Of a stretch of 64,000 bases of DNA, positions 27,268 through 36,616 are shown piece by piece. The DNA is from a virus: IMG/VR virus record IMGVR_UViG_3300028786_000006, positions 1-64,000 of that record; one strand, 5' to 3'. How positions within the stretch are numbered: position 1 is the stretch's first letter; the number at the start of each line of letters is the position of its first letter. Position numbers and translations under genes: made by a program. The notes under the pieces were generated by a model. The model was not told the DNA's origin. It made no database searches and saw only the letters and a list, made by a program, of their open reading frames with translations.

Positions 27268-27631
27268 CTTGTAGGCAGGCGGCGCGGTACAGGGGGGCCA
27301 TGGCGATGACCGTGTTCTTGAACATGGTATCCTTCATGCGTTGGGTCAGCGGCAGGGCCTGGTACGGCACCAGGTTAGGGTGCTCCCGCAGCTCTTCACT
27401 TTTCACTGGGCCGCGACACCAACCTTCAGACAACTTCGTTTCGCACCAGAGGTCATGCTGGGCGGCGGCCGGCGCCATTGGGTTCTTCAATCGGAACTGG
27501 ACGCCGGTACAGTAGCCGTCACGGACAGCTTGCGGGGCTTCCGACCATTCTGGTGGCACCGCATCATGCGTGACCTGGCAAAACACCCGGTTGGTTTCGT
27601 AACAGATGCGTGCGATGGACTCTACGTTCAA
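27218..27631 (-). CDS. RyR-domain phage protein
   Basis: QHDLW...GW..G...HPNLVPY..LP..QR.KD. Confidence 0.75.
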   Translation of the reverse strand: MNVESIARICYETNRVFCQVTHDAVPPEWSEAPQAVRDGYCTGVQFRLKNPMAPAAAQHDLWCETKLSEGWCRGPVKSEELREHPNLVPYQALPLTQRMKDTMFKNTVIAMAPLYRAACLQDEQSAKESAHLEQTPA

Positions 27632-27641
27632 AATAATTCCT

Positions 27642-27929
27642 TCACGTTGTTGGGTTTACTTCAGCTTCAACGATGGTTCGTTTCCACTTTCTGGTTTCGG
27701 GGATACGCTCGACCAGCTTCTTCTGTTGCAAGCGACGCAACAGCTCGGCGCCCATGAGGTACGATTCGCGAACGTACCCGAGGTCGGAGAAGGCTGTCGC
27801 AGCGACATCTTCATCGAACTCACCTTCTTGGTTAATCACCTCGTCAGCGGCAAGGTGAACGTGGTTCTCAATGATGAACCAGTCACTGATCTTCATGTCG
27901 CCGAGGCACAGCGTATGGCGTCTTCTCAT
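27642..27929 (-). CDS. hypothetical protein
   Basis: ORF in operon. Confidence 0.55.
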   Translation of the reverse strand: MRRRHTLCLGDMKISDWFIIENHVHLAADEVINQEGEFDEDVAATAFSDLGYVRESYLMGAELLRRLQQKKLVERIPETRKWKRTIVEAEVNPTT

Positions 27930-27931
27930 GG

Positions 27932-28624
27932 TCAGACCTTCTTGAGTTGTTTACCAGCCAGTTCGTCGAGGGTCCGGCAGAGACCTGCCATGGCCATTGA
28001 GTTGTTACGGTTGGACAGGACACGAACCACTTGGGCGGCCTTCGACAAGATCTGATGATTCAGCTTGGGTTGGGTGTCGATTTCCGTCAGGCGGGCGGCG
28101 CGGTACAACCCGTCCAGGATGCTCGACGAAATATCCAGGCAGGGGCCGTCTTCATCTTCGACGTCATTGCCTTTTTTATACCAGGCGGCTTTGAAGCCAG
28201 CTCGCATCGCTAGGTCGTCGATGGCAGCATGGATCGCACGGGAGGTAGTGCCGAGCAGGGCCTGGTACAATTGCGACCGGTTGAGTTCATCGCAAATCAG
28301 GGACGCGGCTTCGCGGCTTTCTATTGAGGCCACGATGAGTGGGCCGTCAGGGTTCGGGCCAGTACGGACGATTTCAACAAGAGCGGTGCCATTTTCGTGG
28401 CGGGCGCTCATTCTCATCCCGTACGTGTGGGTCTGAAGGTATGGAGGGTCGTACACGACTTCAGTCTGGTCAACGATGACCATCTGGTCGAGTAAGGCCA
28501 GAGCCTGGGCGCGGTTGATGGTCAAGGTTTCCCGGTCGGTGAGACGCAAGAAGTTCTCGAGAGCAACGCGGGCGGAGGTCAACGGGGAAACTGGTTCTTC
28601 TATGAATGCTGGCGGCTGTTCCAT
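27932..28624 (-). CDS. hypothetical protein
   Basis: GAGGG SD; TATACT at 28663-28668. Confidence 0.6.
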   Translation of the reverse strand: MEQPPAFIEEPVSPLTSARVALENFLRLTDRETLTINRAQALALLDQMVIVDQTEVVYDPPYLQTHTYGMRMSARHENGTALVEIVRTGPNPDGPLIVASIESREAASLICDELNRSQLYQALLGTTSRAIHAAIDDLAMRAGFKAAWYKKGNDVEDEDGPCLDISSSILDGLYRAARLTEIDTQPKLNHQILSKAAQVVRVLSNRNNSMAMAGLCRTLDELAGKQLKKV

Positions 28625-28764
28625 GATGTACGACCCTCTGGCGTTATGTGGTTGATGGCCACAGTATACCTCAAGCGCAACCTGGATACTCGCATTTGAG
28701 CCGTAAAAAAGCCGGCTACCCGTGAAGGAAGCCGGCTCGAATGTGGGACAGCCGTCCTGGTTCT

Positions 28765-29109
28765 TTAGACCATGGACTCTTGGGTAACTCGTTCGAAGAA
28801 GAAGCGCGGCTCATCGCCGCCGCGATCAACGATGACGATGTAATGCGGGGTGATTTCGCCCAGACGTGATGGTTCGAAGTCATCGTGGACAGCGTAATAG
28901 CGTGTGACACCCTCGTAGTGGCTGACTTCGACGTGACAAACAATCATGCCGTCGAAGAGACCTTTGAGGAGGTCAATGTTGGATGGTTCGAGGAGTACGT
29001 TGGTGACCGTGAAACAACCGCGTCGCACACCTTCTGCGGTAGCGAGAGGGGAGGTTGCACTGGTGACTTCGAGGTTAAGCTGCTGTACCGACATTCGTTT
29101 GGCTTCCAT
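28765..29109 (-). CDS. hypothetical protein
   Basis: TTGCCG-17-TATAAT promoter upstream; terminator at ~28705-28737. Confidence 0.6.
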   Translation of the reverse strand: MEAKRMSVQQLNLEVTSATSPLATAEGVRRGCFTVTNVLLEPSNIDLLKGLFDGMIVCHVEVSHYEGVTRYYAVHDDFEPSRLGEITPHYIVIVDRGGDEPRFFFERVTQESMV

Positions 29110-29309
29110 GATGAAACATACGGGTGGTGCGGGTTACCCCGCTATCTCCTGATCCCCATTCTCTTATCGGTTTGGGTGACCCGGTAGGACGCCATTATAT
29201 GGCTGGTTTTGTCGCCCGGCAAGTAGATGCGGATAAAGTTTCCTAAGATCCGCCTCAACATTACTTTGAACGACAGGAGCCCTGCAAACGCGAGGGATAA
29301 CGCGAAAAT

Positions 29310-29642
29310 CTAACAGGCCTCAGGAGTGATCCCAAAGATGGCGAGCAGTAAACCGGTGTGTATCCACACTATTGTCACCAACACCCAAAACGCGGCCCAA
29401 ATTCCTGCCACTACTAGGTGGTCTTTCGCGGTGATAGGCTTACACCTTGCACACACCGATGAAGACAGCAACACGGCGGCCAGGGCGGCCGCCACATAGA
29501 GCCAGAGGATAAGCTTCAGCGGCACATAGTAGTGAGCCGGGATCAGCATACACAACGCGCCCGAGAGCGCGCCTGTCATGTGAGAGAGGCTGTACCAGAA
29601 TTGAGAAGGCTCGGCGGGTTGGGTAGCCAGTACTTCAGACAT
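29310..29642 (-). CDS. membrane protein (3 TM)
   Basis: AAGGA SD; three hydrophobic segments. Confidence 0.6.
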   Translation of the reverse strand: MSEVLATQPAEPSQFWYSLSHMTGALSGALCMLIPAHYYVPLKLILWLYVAAALAAVLLSSSVCARCKPITAKDHLVVAGIWAAFWVLVTIVWIHTGLLLAIFGITPEAC

Positions 29643-29722
29643 CGTTCAGATCCTTGTGGTTGATCGTTCAAGCTTACGCCTCAATGCTGAAGTTTACAAC
29701 AACATTGAGGCGTATGGTCAGA

Positions 29723-32545
29723 TTAGGAGAAGAAGTCCATAACAGAGGCTTTACGCTCGTGGGACCAGCCTACCGCGTCGAGATAGTTACACAGGGGCTC
29801 GACAAAGGTCTTGGCCCAGGCAATTTCGCGGTCGACGTACTTCTCAAGTCCGAACTCACGCGGGAAGAACCCGGTGTACCCGATGATGCCGTGACCGATA
29901 GGGTTAGGCGACTTCAGCTGGACGAACAGGATCTTGTCACCGGAGCTGATCTTCGGTAGCGACAGGCCCTTGGACTTGATGACGCTATTGTAGATCAACG
30001 CAGCTTTGACCGCGATCGGGGTGCCCTTGGCGTAGACGTTAGCCGAATCGGCATACTTCTCGAGGTTGTTCGCGGACCGAGGCTGGGAGATGTCCTCGAT
30101 ACTCATCTTGTCGAACTCCTTCTTGATCTCCGCCACCCGGCGCTGCAGGGCCTCCTCTGGCTGCTCAATGACGATCTGGTAGCATTCTTGTAACCAGGTA
30201 CGGCAGTGGGCCGGCGTCGAGCTCTTCTTGGCCTCCAGACCCATGAACTTCAACTTCGGTGTATGGTAGCGGACACCCTCGGAGTCGTTGACCAGCATCG
30301 CATACCGCTTCTTGGCCTGGAACACCGCGCCCTGGGCGATTACCTCACGCTCCCAGACCATCCGGTCCTCGTAGGCGTTGGTCATGTTCGCTAGATCGAG
30401 CGTACCCTGCTTGATCATTGGGGACAGCTTGGCCTTGACGAAGCGATCGATCATATCGACTGTTTCTTCGACTGGCTTGTCCTGGTAGCCCATCTTGGTG
30501 ACGAGCTTATCGACCGTGATGTAGTTCGAGTCCGTGTCACCATAGAAGGCAAAGTCGAACCCAGGTGACGCCAGAAGGTTGCCCAGGTAGTCGTTCACCC
30601 GCAAGATGTTCCAGCGGTTGACGAATTGCCCGGCCGTGGTGATCGCGGTTGCGATGCGGATGTCGTAGTACGGCTGGAACCAGCGGTTACCCAACGCACC
30701 ATAAGCGGAGTTGAGCTGAATCTTGTACGCCTGCTGCAAGTTGAAGTGGAGCTTGACCTGGGTGTCCAAGCGCTCATACTCGACCTTGACCTCGGCGTCG
30801 TCCATGAGGTTGAACTGTTTGTGGGGTGGGATAACACCTTCCAGTTCCTTGAACACCACGTCCGGGCCGCGCTTGCCGGCTTCGCGTTCATGCTTCTCGT
30901 TCTTGAGGTCAGCCTGGTATTGCTCATAGTAGAGCATCCGCTTCTTCATGACTTTCCGGAGGTTGTATACCTCGCGGAACTTCTCGCTCAAGAACGACAT
31001 TTCGCCGTTGCGGAAGAACTGCAGGTTCGGAGTCATGTTGACACCGTGTGCTATCAGGGTGTCAAACCTGATGCCCGGCAACACATGGAACCGGAGCAAC
31101 TCGTCTACGATGTTACCTTTCTTCTGCTGCAGAGCGGAGATCAGGCCGCCGAAGATAGGGCGGTGGATGAAGTCACAACCCAGGGCCTTCTCCGTAAGCT
31201 CAGCGATCAGGTCTTCGATAATCTGGTTGCGATGTACCGGGTCGCGGATCAGGGTTTCTGGGCCCATGTTGTACTGCTGCACCAAGTGCGGGTACAGGCC
31301 ATTCAAGTCGACGGAGAGAGACCACGGGTAGCGGCCGGGCTTCACCTCCTTCACGTAGGCACCCTCGTACTCGGTGTCTTCGTTGGTCGGCTTCAAGATC
31401 TCAGGGATCTTGTTCTTGTTGTACAGCGAGCAGTAGGCCAGGGCCGACCACGGTTTCACTGTACCCAGGCCGTCGCCGTAGTTCGAGAACGAGCTGTACG
31501 CCAGGGCGAACATCACTTCCAACAGGCCGAGCTTGTCATTCAAGCGCTTGACCAGCATGGTGTCTTTGATGTTATAGTTTACGCGACGCGTGTGGTTCTT
31601 GACGTATAGCTCTGCCAAGTTGCGGCTGTCGTCATAGTCGAGCTTGTTCTCACCCAACTCTTCGTGCGCGATGTCATCCAGCTTGTACGACGATCGCGTG
31701 ACATAGGTGTGCTTCTTGTACACCTGGAGGTAGTCGAGGCCGGGGCAACCCACGAACTCATAGGTGGTGTAGTCGCCACCCCATTGGTCGTGCACCTTGC
31801 GGGCGTTGACCACACCCCAAGGGCTGAAGCGGTTGGCCGTACCTTCGCCCAGGATGTTGTTGACCCGGTTGACCATGTACGGGCAGTCGAACTGCTCGAT
31901 GTTCCAGCCGGTCCAGCAGTTGAACCCCTGGGATTCCCAGTAGTTCATAAACTCGGCGAGCATCGGCGCTTCGCCGTCGTACTCCTTGAGCACCACCTCG
32001 ACGCCGTGGTCCATCAGTTCCTTGACGCGGTCACCTTTAGCCCAGGGCGTGGTAAAACAGTGAGCCACCTTGGTGTAGCTGTTGTAGATCGCGATCTCGG
32101 TGATCGGGAACTCCGCCTGGTCTGGCTCAGGGAACGGCCCCTGGAAGATGTTACCCTCTTCGTCAACGCCACCAGAGAAGGTCTCGATGTCGAGGTAAGC
32201 AACACGGATCTTGGACGCATCGTACTTGATGGTCGAGCTGCTGAAGTTGTGGGCGATGAACTGGAAGTCAAACGACTTCATCCCGAACATCCGGAACCCG
32301 GTAACGCCTTCGTACTGCTCCATGAACTCGCGACATTCGCGGATGGATTCAAAGTCAACCTGCTTCAGCTTTACGCCGTCGAGGGACACGAATGGCGTCT
32401 CAACCCCGGCGGCGGCCGGAACCCAGAGTTTGGGCTTGAACGGGTGTTTGGTGACGCCTTGCTCGCCGGTCTCGCTATTGGTCCAGCGGTACAGGATGTT
32501 CTGCCCACGTACGGAGACGTCGGTATAGAAAATAGGATCGCTCAT
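29723..32545 (-). CDS. gp43: family B DNA polymerase gp43
   Basis: ExoI DIET, GWNIEQFD, DLNGLYPH, KIQLNSAYGALGN, YGDTDS, KKRYA. Confidence 0.97.
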   Translation of the reverse strand: MSDPIFYTDVSVRGQNILYRWTNSETGEQGVTKHPFKPKLWVPAAAGVETPFVSLDGVKLKQVDFESIRECREFMEQYEGVTGFRMFGMKSFDFQFIAHNFSSSTIKYDASKIRVAYLDIETFSGGVDEEGNIFQGPFPEPDQAEFPITEIAIYNSYTKVAHCFTTPWAKGDRVKELMDHGVEVVLKEYDGEAPMLAEFMNYWESQGFNCWTGWNIEQFDCPYMVNRVNNILGEGTANRFSPWGVVNARKVHDQWGGDYTTYEFVGCPGLDYLQVYKKHTYVTRSSYKLDDIAHEELGENKLDYDDSRNLAELYVKNHTRRVNYNIKDTMLVKRLNDKLGLLEVMFALAYSSFSNYGDGLGTVKPWSALAYCSLYNKNKIPEILKPTNEDTEYEGAYVKEVKPGRYPWSLSVDLNGLYPHLVQQYNMGPETLIRDPVHRNQIIEDLIAELTEKALGCDFIHRPIFGGLISALQQKKGNIVDELLRFHVLPGIRFDTLIAHGVNMTPNLQFFRNGEMSFLSEKFREVYNLRKVMKKRMLYYEQYQADLKNEKHEREAGKRGPDVVFKELEGVIPPHKQFNLMDDAEVKVEYERLDTQVKLHFNLQQAYKIQLNSAYGALGNRWFQPYYDIRIATAITTAGQFVNRWNILRVNDYLGNLLASPGFDFAFYGDTDSNYITVDKLVTKMGYQDKPVEETVDMIDRFVKAKLSPMIKQGTLDLANMTNAYEDRMVWEREVIAQGAVFQAKKRYAMLVNDSEGVRYHTPKLKFMGLEAKKSSTPAHCRTWLQECYQIVIEQPEEALQRRVAEIKKEFDKMSIEDISQPRSANNLEKYADSANVYAKGTPIAVKAALIYNSVIKSKGLSLPKISSGDKILFVQLKSPNPIGHGIIGYTGFFPREFGLEKYVDREIAWAKTFVEPLCNYLDAVGWSHERKASVMDFFS

Positions 32546-32634
32546 CGGTTTACCTGAATTAATTGTGGGTTCAAAGTGCCTATCCTCGCTATGTAAACGA
32601 AGGCACGATTATACCCCACGGGGGAGGAGACTTT

Positions 32635-33147
32635 ATGGCCGGGTTGCTCGACACAATCACGGGCTTTGTTGGTGGTGGGCTGTTCAAGGAGGTCAAGGAC
32701 ATCGTCCAGGATTATTGGCCACCTGACATTGCACCTGAGAAGAAGCTCGAAATGCAGTTAGCGCTGCAACAAGCTGAAACATCGAAAGAAATTGAGCTTG
32801 GAAAGCTCATGAACGACCAGACGGCGGCCCTCACGCAGCGCATCAGTGATCTGGAAGGTACAGCGGCTGACCTGAAGGGGATTCCCATCCTCGGTCCTAT
32901 CATGCTGTTCATCCGTGGTTCTCAACGCCCGGCTTGGGGCCTGGGTGCCATGTACGCTGACCTGATGTGGTTCAGCGGCCACTGGCAACACCTGACTGAC
33001 CAACAGGAGGCTGCGCTTTACCTGATCAACGCGTTGGTGCTTGGGTTTCTCTTCGGCGAACGTGCTGTCCAAAACGTTGCTCCGCTTCTCGGGGATGTTT
33101 TCACGAAAGCGCGTGGCCCCAAGCCAGTAGATACCAGCAAGAAGTGA
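32635..33147 (+). CDS. holin (3TM/GTA-type family)
   Basis: GGAGG SD; QRPAWG..., VLGFLFGER C-terminal motif. Confidence 0.65.
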   Translation: MAGLLDTITGFVGGGLFKEVKDIVQDYWPPDIAPEKKLEMQLALQQAETSKEIELGKLMNDQTAALTQRISDLEGTAADLKGIPILGPIMLFIRGSQRPAWGLGAMYADLMWFSGHWQHLTDQQEAALYLINALVLGFLFGERAVQNVAPLLGDVFTKARGPKPVDTSKK

Positions 33148-33205
33148 CCTCGAATGCCCTCTCTGGGGCGTTGTTGGTCGGCCCAGGCGGTTACGCCTCC
33201 GGGAC

Positions 33206-33246
33206 AAAAAAGGGGAGCCAGCGCAAGCTGACTCCCCTTTTTCTTT
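33206..33246. terminator. bidirectional terminator
   Basis: AAAAGGGGAGCCAGC-GCAA-GCTGACTCCCCTTTT. Confidence 0.85.
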
Positions 33247-33250
33247 GGGC

Positions 33251-34345
33251 TTACGCCCCGGCCAGCAGACGCTCGAATTCGTCGAGTTCGTCACCGGCAC
33301 TTTCGGCCTTCGGCGGCTCAACCTTTTCCACTACAGGTTCAGCGGCTTTGGTGACCGGCTGTTCCGTGGTGACAACGGTGTCAGCGACCGGCGGCTTCTC
33401 GTCCAGCTTGGGCTTTTCTTCCTCTTTCGGGGCGGCACCAAGCAAGTTGGTCGCACCGGCCAATTCGTCGACGCTCTTACGAGGCGCCGCGCCCTTGACG
33501 CTGAAGTCGTCTTCCAGGTTCATCACCTTGCACAGCAGGGTTTTGAGCGCTTCGTACGTCTTGAAGTTCTTGCGGTCGTAGAATTCCATGATGGAATACT
33601 GCTTCTTCCAAACTTCTTCCATCAGCTCGTCGCTTTCGAACAGCGGCCCTTTCTTGCCGAAGGACGCCAGCTTGAAGTCTGGAACGCGGGAGGTGCGACC
33701 GTTGAAGGTCTTCTCTTCCGAGGTCAGGTTCAAGATCAGGTTGGCACCTTCGATAATGTCGAACGGGTCAATCGGCTCGATGTTGTCGAACTGAGGCTTG
33801 GCAGCGGACTTCAGGATGTTGTCGATAGCGCGCCCGTATTTGAACAGGAACACCTTGCCTTCGTTTTCCGGGGCATTTTTGTCGCGAACGACATACAGGC
33901 CGCAGATGAAGTCTTCGCTCGGCAGGCGCTTCTTGAGGATTTCAGCGTACGCCTTACCCTCAACAGTTTCCTTGCCCATTTCATTCCGAACTTTCCAGTT
34001 CGGAGTATCCATCTGGCGGACCGGGCAATCTTCGCCGAAGGTCTGCAGACTGTTTTCTTTGTACCAACCGCCAGGGCCTTGGAACCAGTGGCTGACGATA
34101 CGGGCCGCCGGGGTCAGTTCGTCCCCATCCAGCTCACCAGCTTCGGCTTTAACCATATCCACATACGGGATAGGGAGCAAGCGCACGATGCTTTCGCTGT
34201 TACCCTTGGCGTCAAACGTCCACTTCCAGAAGCGGTCATCCTTCTGCCCGCTGTAGCCGCTGGTGGCTTCAATTTTCTTTTGAAGGGCCGCCATACCAGA
34301 TTGGCCATTTTGGGAACGTGTACGGAGTTTCGAGAAATCGACCAT
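33251..34345 (-). CDS. gp32: single-stranded DNA-binding protein gp32
   Basis: DDRFWK, GPGGWYKENS..T.G..CPV, PENEGKVFLFKYG, FKTYEAL, acidic tail. Confidence 0.95.
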   Translation of the reverse strand: MVDFSKLRTRSQNGQSGMAALQKKIEATSGYSGQKDDRFWKWTFDAKGNSESIVRLLPIPYVDMVKAEAGELDGDELTPAARIVSHWFQGPGGWYKENSLQTFGEDCPVRQMDTPNWKVRNEMGKETVEGKAYAEILKKRLPSEDFICGLYVVRDKNAPENEGKVFLFKYGRAIDNILKSAAKPQFDNIEPIDPFDIIEGANLILNLTSEEKTFNGRTSRVPDFKLASFGKKGPLFESDELMEEVWKKQYSIMEFYDRKNFKTYEALKTLLCKVMNLEDDFSVKGAAPRKSVDELAGATNLLGAAPKEEEKPKLDEKPPVADTVVTTEQPVTKAAEPVVEKVEPPKAESAGDELDEFERLLAGA

Positions 34346-34363
34346 GCTTGATGTTTACCTGTA

Positions 34364-34412
34364 CGCCCGTTAGAAGGTAAGAGGGTCCGGTATCCGGGCA
34401 ATAATCCGGCCC
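34364..34412 (-). promoter_or_regulatory. putative gene-32 leader pseudoknot
   Basis: stem GGGCCGG../..CCGGACCC; loop UGCCCG complementary to downstream CGGGCG. Confidence 0.55.
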
Positions 34413-34422
34413 CAATTTTCGT

Positions 34423-34677
34423 TCAGACCCCGAAGAGGTCTGTCAGCGAAACCGTGGTGTTCTTTTCTTTGAGGAGGTTGAGGCTGGAGGCCTCGTGCTT
34501 GACTTTTTCAACCAGGGTGCTGGTCAAGTACGGCTTGATCGCTTCGATCTCGATGTCGTACTCGTCAGCCTTTTCGCAGATGCAAGCGATATGCGATTCG
34601 GACTCGCCCCGGTGGACTGCAAGTTCAACTTCTAAGCTGAACTTGTCAGGCGTGATTAGTTCTTGTTCAGGTTTCAA
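34423..34677 (-). CDS. gp33: late transcription co-activator gp33
   Basis: FSLEVE...L.EKVK.EA..LNLL. Confidence 0.8.
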   Translation of the reverse strand: MKPEQELITPDKFSLEVELAVHRGESESHIACICEKADEYDIEIEAIKPYLTSTLVEKVKHEASSLNLLKEKNTTVSLTDLFGV

Positions 34678-34918
34678 TGTTTGACCCCAGGTTGCCCTTT
34701 TTGATCAGGTCGAGCTTGTCGCGGAAATCGCGAGGAGTCTTCGACATCATGTCACCAACACCGGAGACGATATTGGGGCACCCGATCTTCATGTTGACGG
34801 ATTCGATGGCGTTGCACTCGGGGCATGGTTGGTCGCGGGGGGTATGTCGCAGGTCGACCTTAAAGATGGCTTCAAACGTGTGCTCGCACTTCGAGCATTT
34901 GTAGTTGTACAGGGGCAT
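34667..34918 (-). CDS. FmdB-family Zn-ribbon regulator
   Basis: MPLYNYKCSKC...CPEC. Confidence 0.85.
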   Translation of the reverse strand: MPLYNYKCSKCEHTFEAIFKVDLRHTPRDQPCPECNAIESVNMKIGCPNIVSGVGDMMSKTPRDFRDKLDLIKKGNLGSNIET

Positions 34919-34940
34919 TCAGCGCTCCAGACATGTAGCA

Positions 34941-34983
34941 ATTATGGGCCGCCGGGCTGGCAAGAGCAACAGTTCGGCGGCTC
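34941..34983 (-). promoter_or_regulatory. promoter with -35 in the loop of an inverted repeat
   Basis: TTGCTC-17-CATAAT; arms 34946-34959 and 34970-34983. Confidence 0.65.
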
Positions 34984-34992
34984 AAACGGGGG

Positions 34993-35922
34993 TTACTGAC
35001 TAAAGATTCGGTCGATCAGTTCAATCACGTATTCTTCAGACAGTTCGCGTTGCGGGCTACCATCTTCGGGCTTGGCGTGCATGGCTCGAATCAGCATCGA
35101 GAAGTAGTGGCTGTCGCAACCGTTGAGCTGGTCGGACAGCACCGCCGCGTCGGTGAAATCGATCTTCTTGCACTGGATGGCCATCTTGAGGATCTGGCCG
35201 GCGTTGATTTTCCAGTCACGCTTGAGGAACTTGCGTACGCGCAGGATGGAGCAGATCGGGTACAGTGAGCCGGTATATACCAGCGACCGCGACAACAGCG
35301 ACTCCATGGCCTCGGGCTTCAGCTCCAGGTGGTCATCGTGGTAGGTGTACCAGTTCTGACAGTGGATGAAGTCGTAGTTCTTGTGAATCTGGTCTGGCTC
35401 GCCGAAGAAGCGGATGATCAGCTGCACCTTGTTGGTCAGCGTTACCGCGTTCTGGCTCAGGAAGGTCGGCTGATAGCGCTTTTCTTCGCCATCTTCAGGC
35501 GACGGGCCTTCTACCGGGGCCAGCAAATCAGCCAGCTCGATTTCTTCTTCCTGCTCTTGCGCGTCGGTTTCGGTCTGACCAGCAACACCAGCGCCTGAGA
35601 CGCGGATCATGATGCGCTCTTCGGACTCATAGTTGATGTTGGTGAAGTTGTCTTCGAAGACGTTGATCTCGTAGTTTTCACCTTTGATCAACTGGAACCG
35701 CTTGACGTAGTATTCAGCTACGGCCCTGGCGGTTGCCTTCGTCTTGAAGTACACATCGAAGTCGTTCGGTGCGTTACCCAGGAGCAGGGAAGCAATGGCC
35801 CCGCCGGTAATGATGGTATCCTTGGACGCCAGGAGGCGAACGGATTCATCTTCAATCGAGCCGAGCCATTCTTGAATCTTGGCACGGAGTACACGTCTGA
35901 TCGTTTTGCGGCGGGCGCCCAT
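34993..35922 (-). CDS. Pol-beta superfamily nucleotidyltransferase
   Basis: ITGGAIASLLLG..PNDFDVYF (hGG..DhD), YDFIHC. Confidence 0.7.
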   Translation of the reverse strand: MGARRKTIRRVLRAKIQEWLGSIEDESVRLLASKDTIITGGAIASLLLGNAPNDFDVYFKTKATARAVAEYYVKRFQLIKGENYEINVFEDNFTNINYESEERIMIRVSGAGVAGQTETDAQEQEEEIELADLLAPVEGPSPEDGEEKRYQPTFLSQNAVTLTNKVQLIIRFFGEPDQIHKNYDFIHCQNWYTYHDDHLELKPEAMESLLSRSLVYTGSLYPICSILRVRKFLKRDWKINAGQILKMAIQCKKIDFTDAAVLSDQLNGCDSHYFSMLIRAMHAKPEDGSPQRELSEEYVIELIDRIFSQ

Positions 35923-35931
35923 AGGTGGACC

Positions 35932-36396
35932 TCAGAGATTAGGGTAGACGGATCGAACCACAACCAGCGGGAGACCAGGGATCAGGGTCTGATGGTTGAA
36001 GATCGAGAGGATGATTTTGGCTTCGTTCGGGTGAAGCCAGTCCAGGATGTCGTTCAAGGCGTCCTGACGCAGACGCATGTTCCGAGCTTTGTCAGTGATG
36101 CGCTCGAGAGCCTGTACCACACCGAAGAAGGATTCGGTCGAGGCCACGTTTTCGAGGCGGCAACGGTAATCCGGGGTGAAGCCGGTCTCGCGAATGTCCG
36201 CGAACATGTCTACGGGACCGAAGGCGATCTGACAGAAAGACCTCATGGCCTTGGTGTCGTTCTCGCGCATGGCGGTTATACGCGCCGGGAGATCCTTGTG
36301 CTGGGTCACGTGTTGCATGATCTCAGACAAGGTGCCGATGCTCTGGCGGACTGAAATGGGTTGTTTCACTTCAACCACCAAACTTTTCGAAGGCAA
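35932..36396 (-). CDS. conserved T4-like hypothetical protein
   Basis: ILDWLHPNEAKII motif. Confidence 0.6.
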   Translation of the reverse strand: MPSKSLVVEVKQPISVRQSIGTLSEIMQHVTQHKDLPARITAMRENDTKAMRSFCQIAFGPVDMFADIRETGFTPDYRCRLENVASTESFFGVVQALERITDKARNMRLRQDALNDILDWLHPNEAKIILSIFNHQTLIPGLPLVVVRSVYPNL

Positions 36397-36616
36397 CCAA
36401 CGTGGTCACCAGGATCGATACGCTGAGGCAGTACATGGCCGCGTTACCGAACCAACTGCCAGTGATGGTCAACAGGGTGTTGTCCACGGCCTTGTGAGCG
36501 ATGTAGTACTGGACGGCGTTGGTCACGAGGACGGCGCGGCAGCAGAACAGGGTGATCACGTAGGCCAGGGCGAACACGAGGACCAGTTGGAAGTACGGGA
36601 GTAGGTTGAGAATCAC
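36371..36616 (-). CDS. membrane protein (2 TM)
   Basis: GTGA overlap with the resolvase stop; hydrophobic. Confidence 0.55.
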   Translation of the reverse strand: MILNLLPYFQLVLVFALAYVITLFCCRAVLVTNAVQYYIAHKAVDNTLLTITGSWFGNAAMYCLSVSILVTTLVAFEKFGG

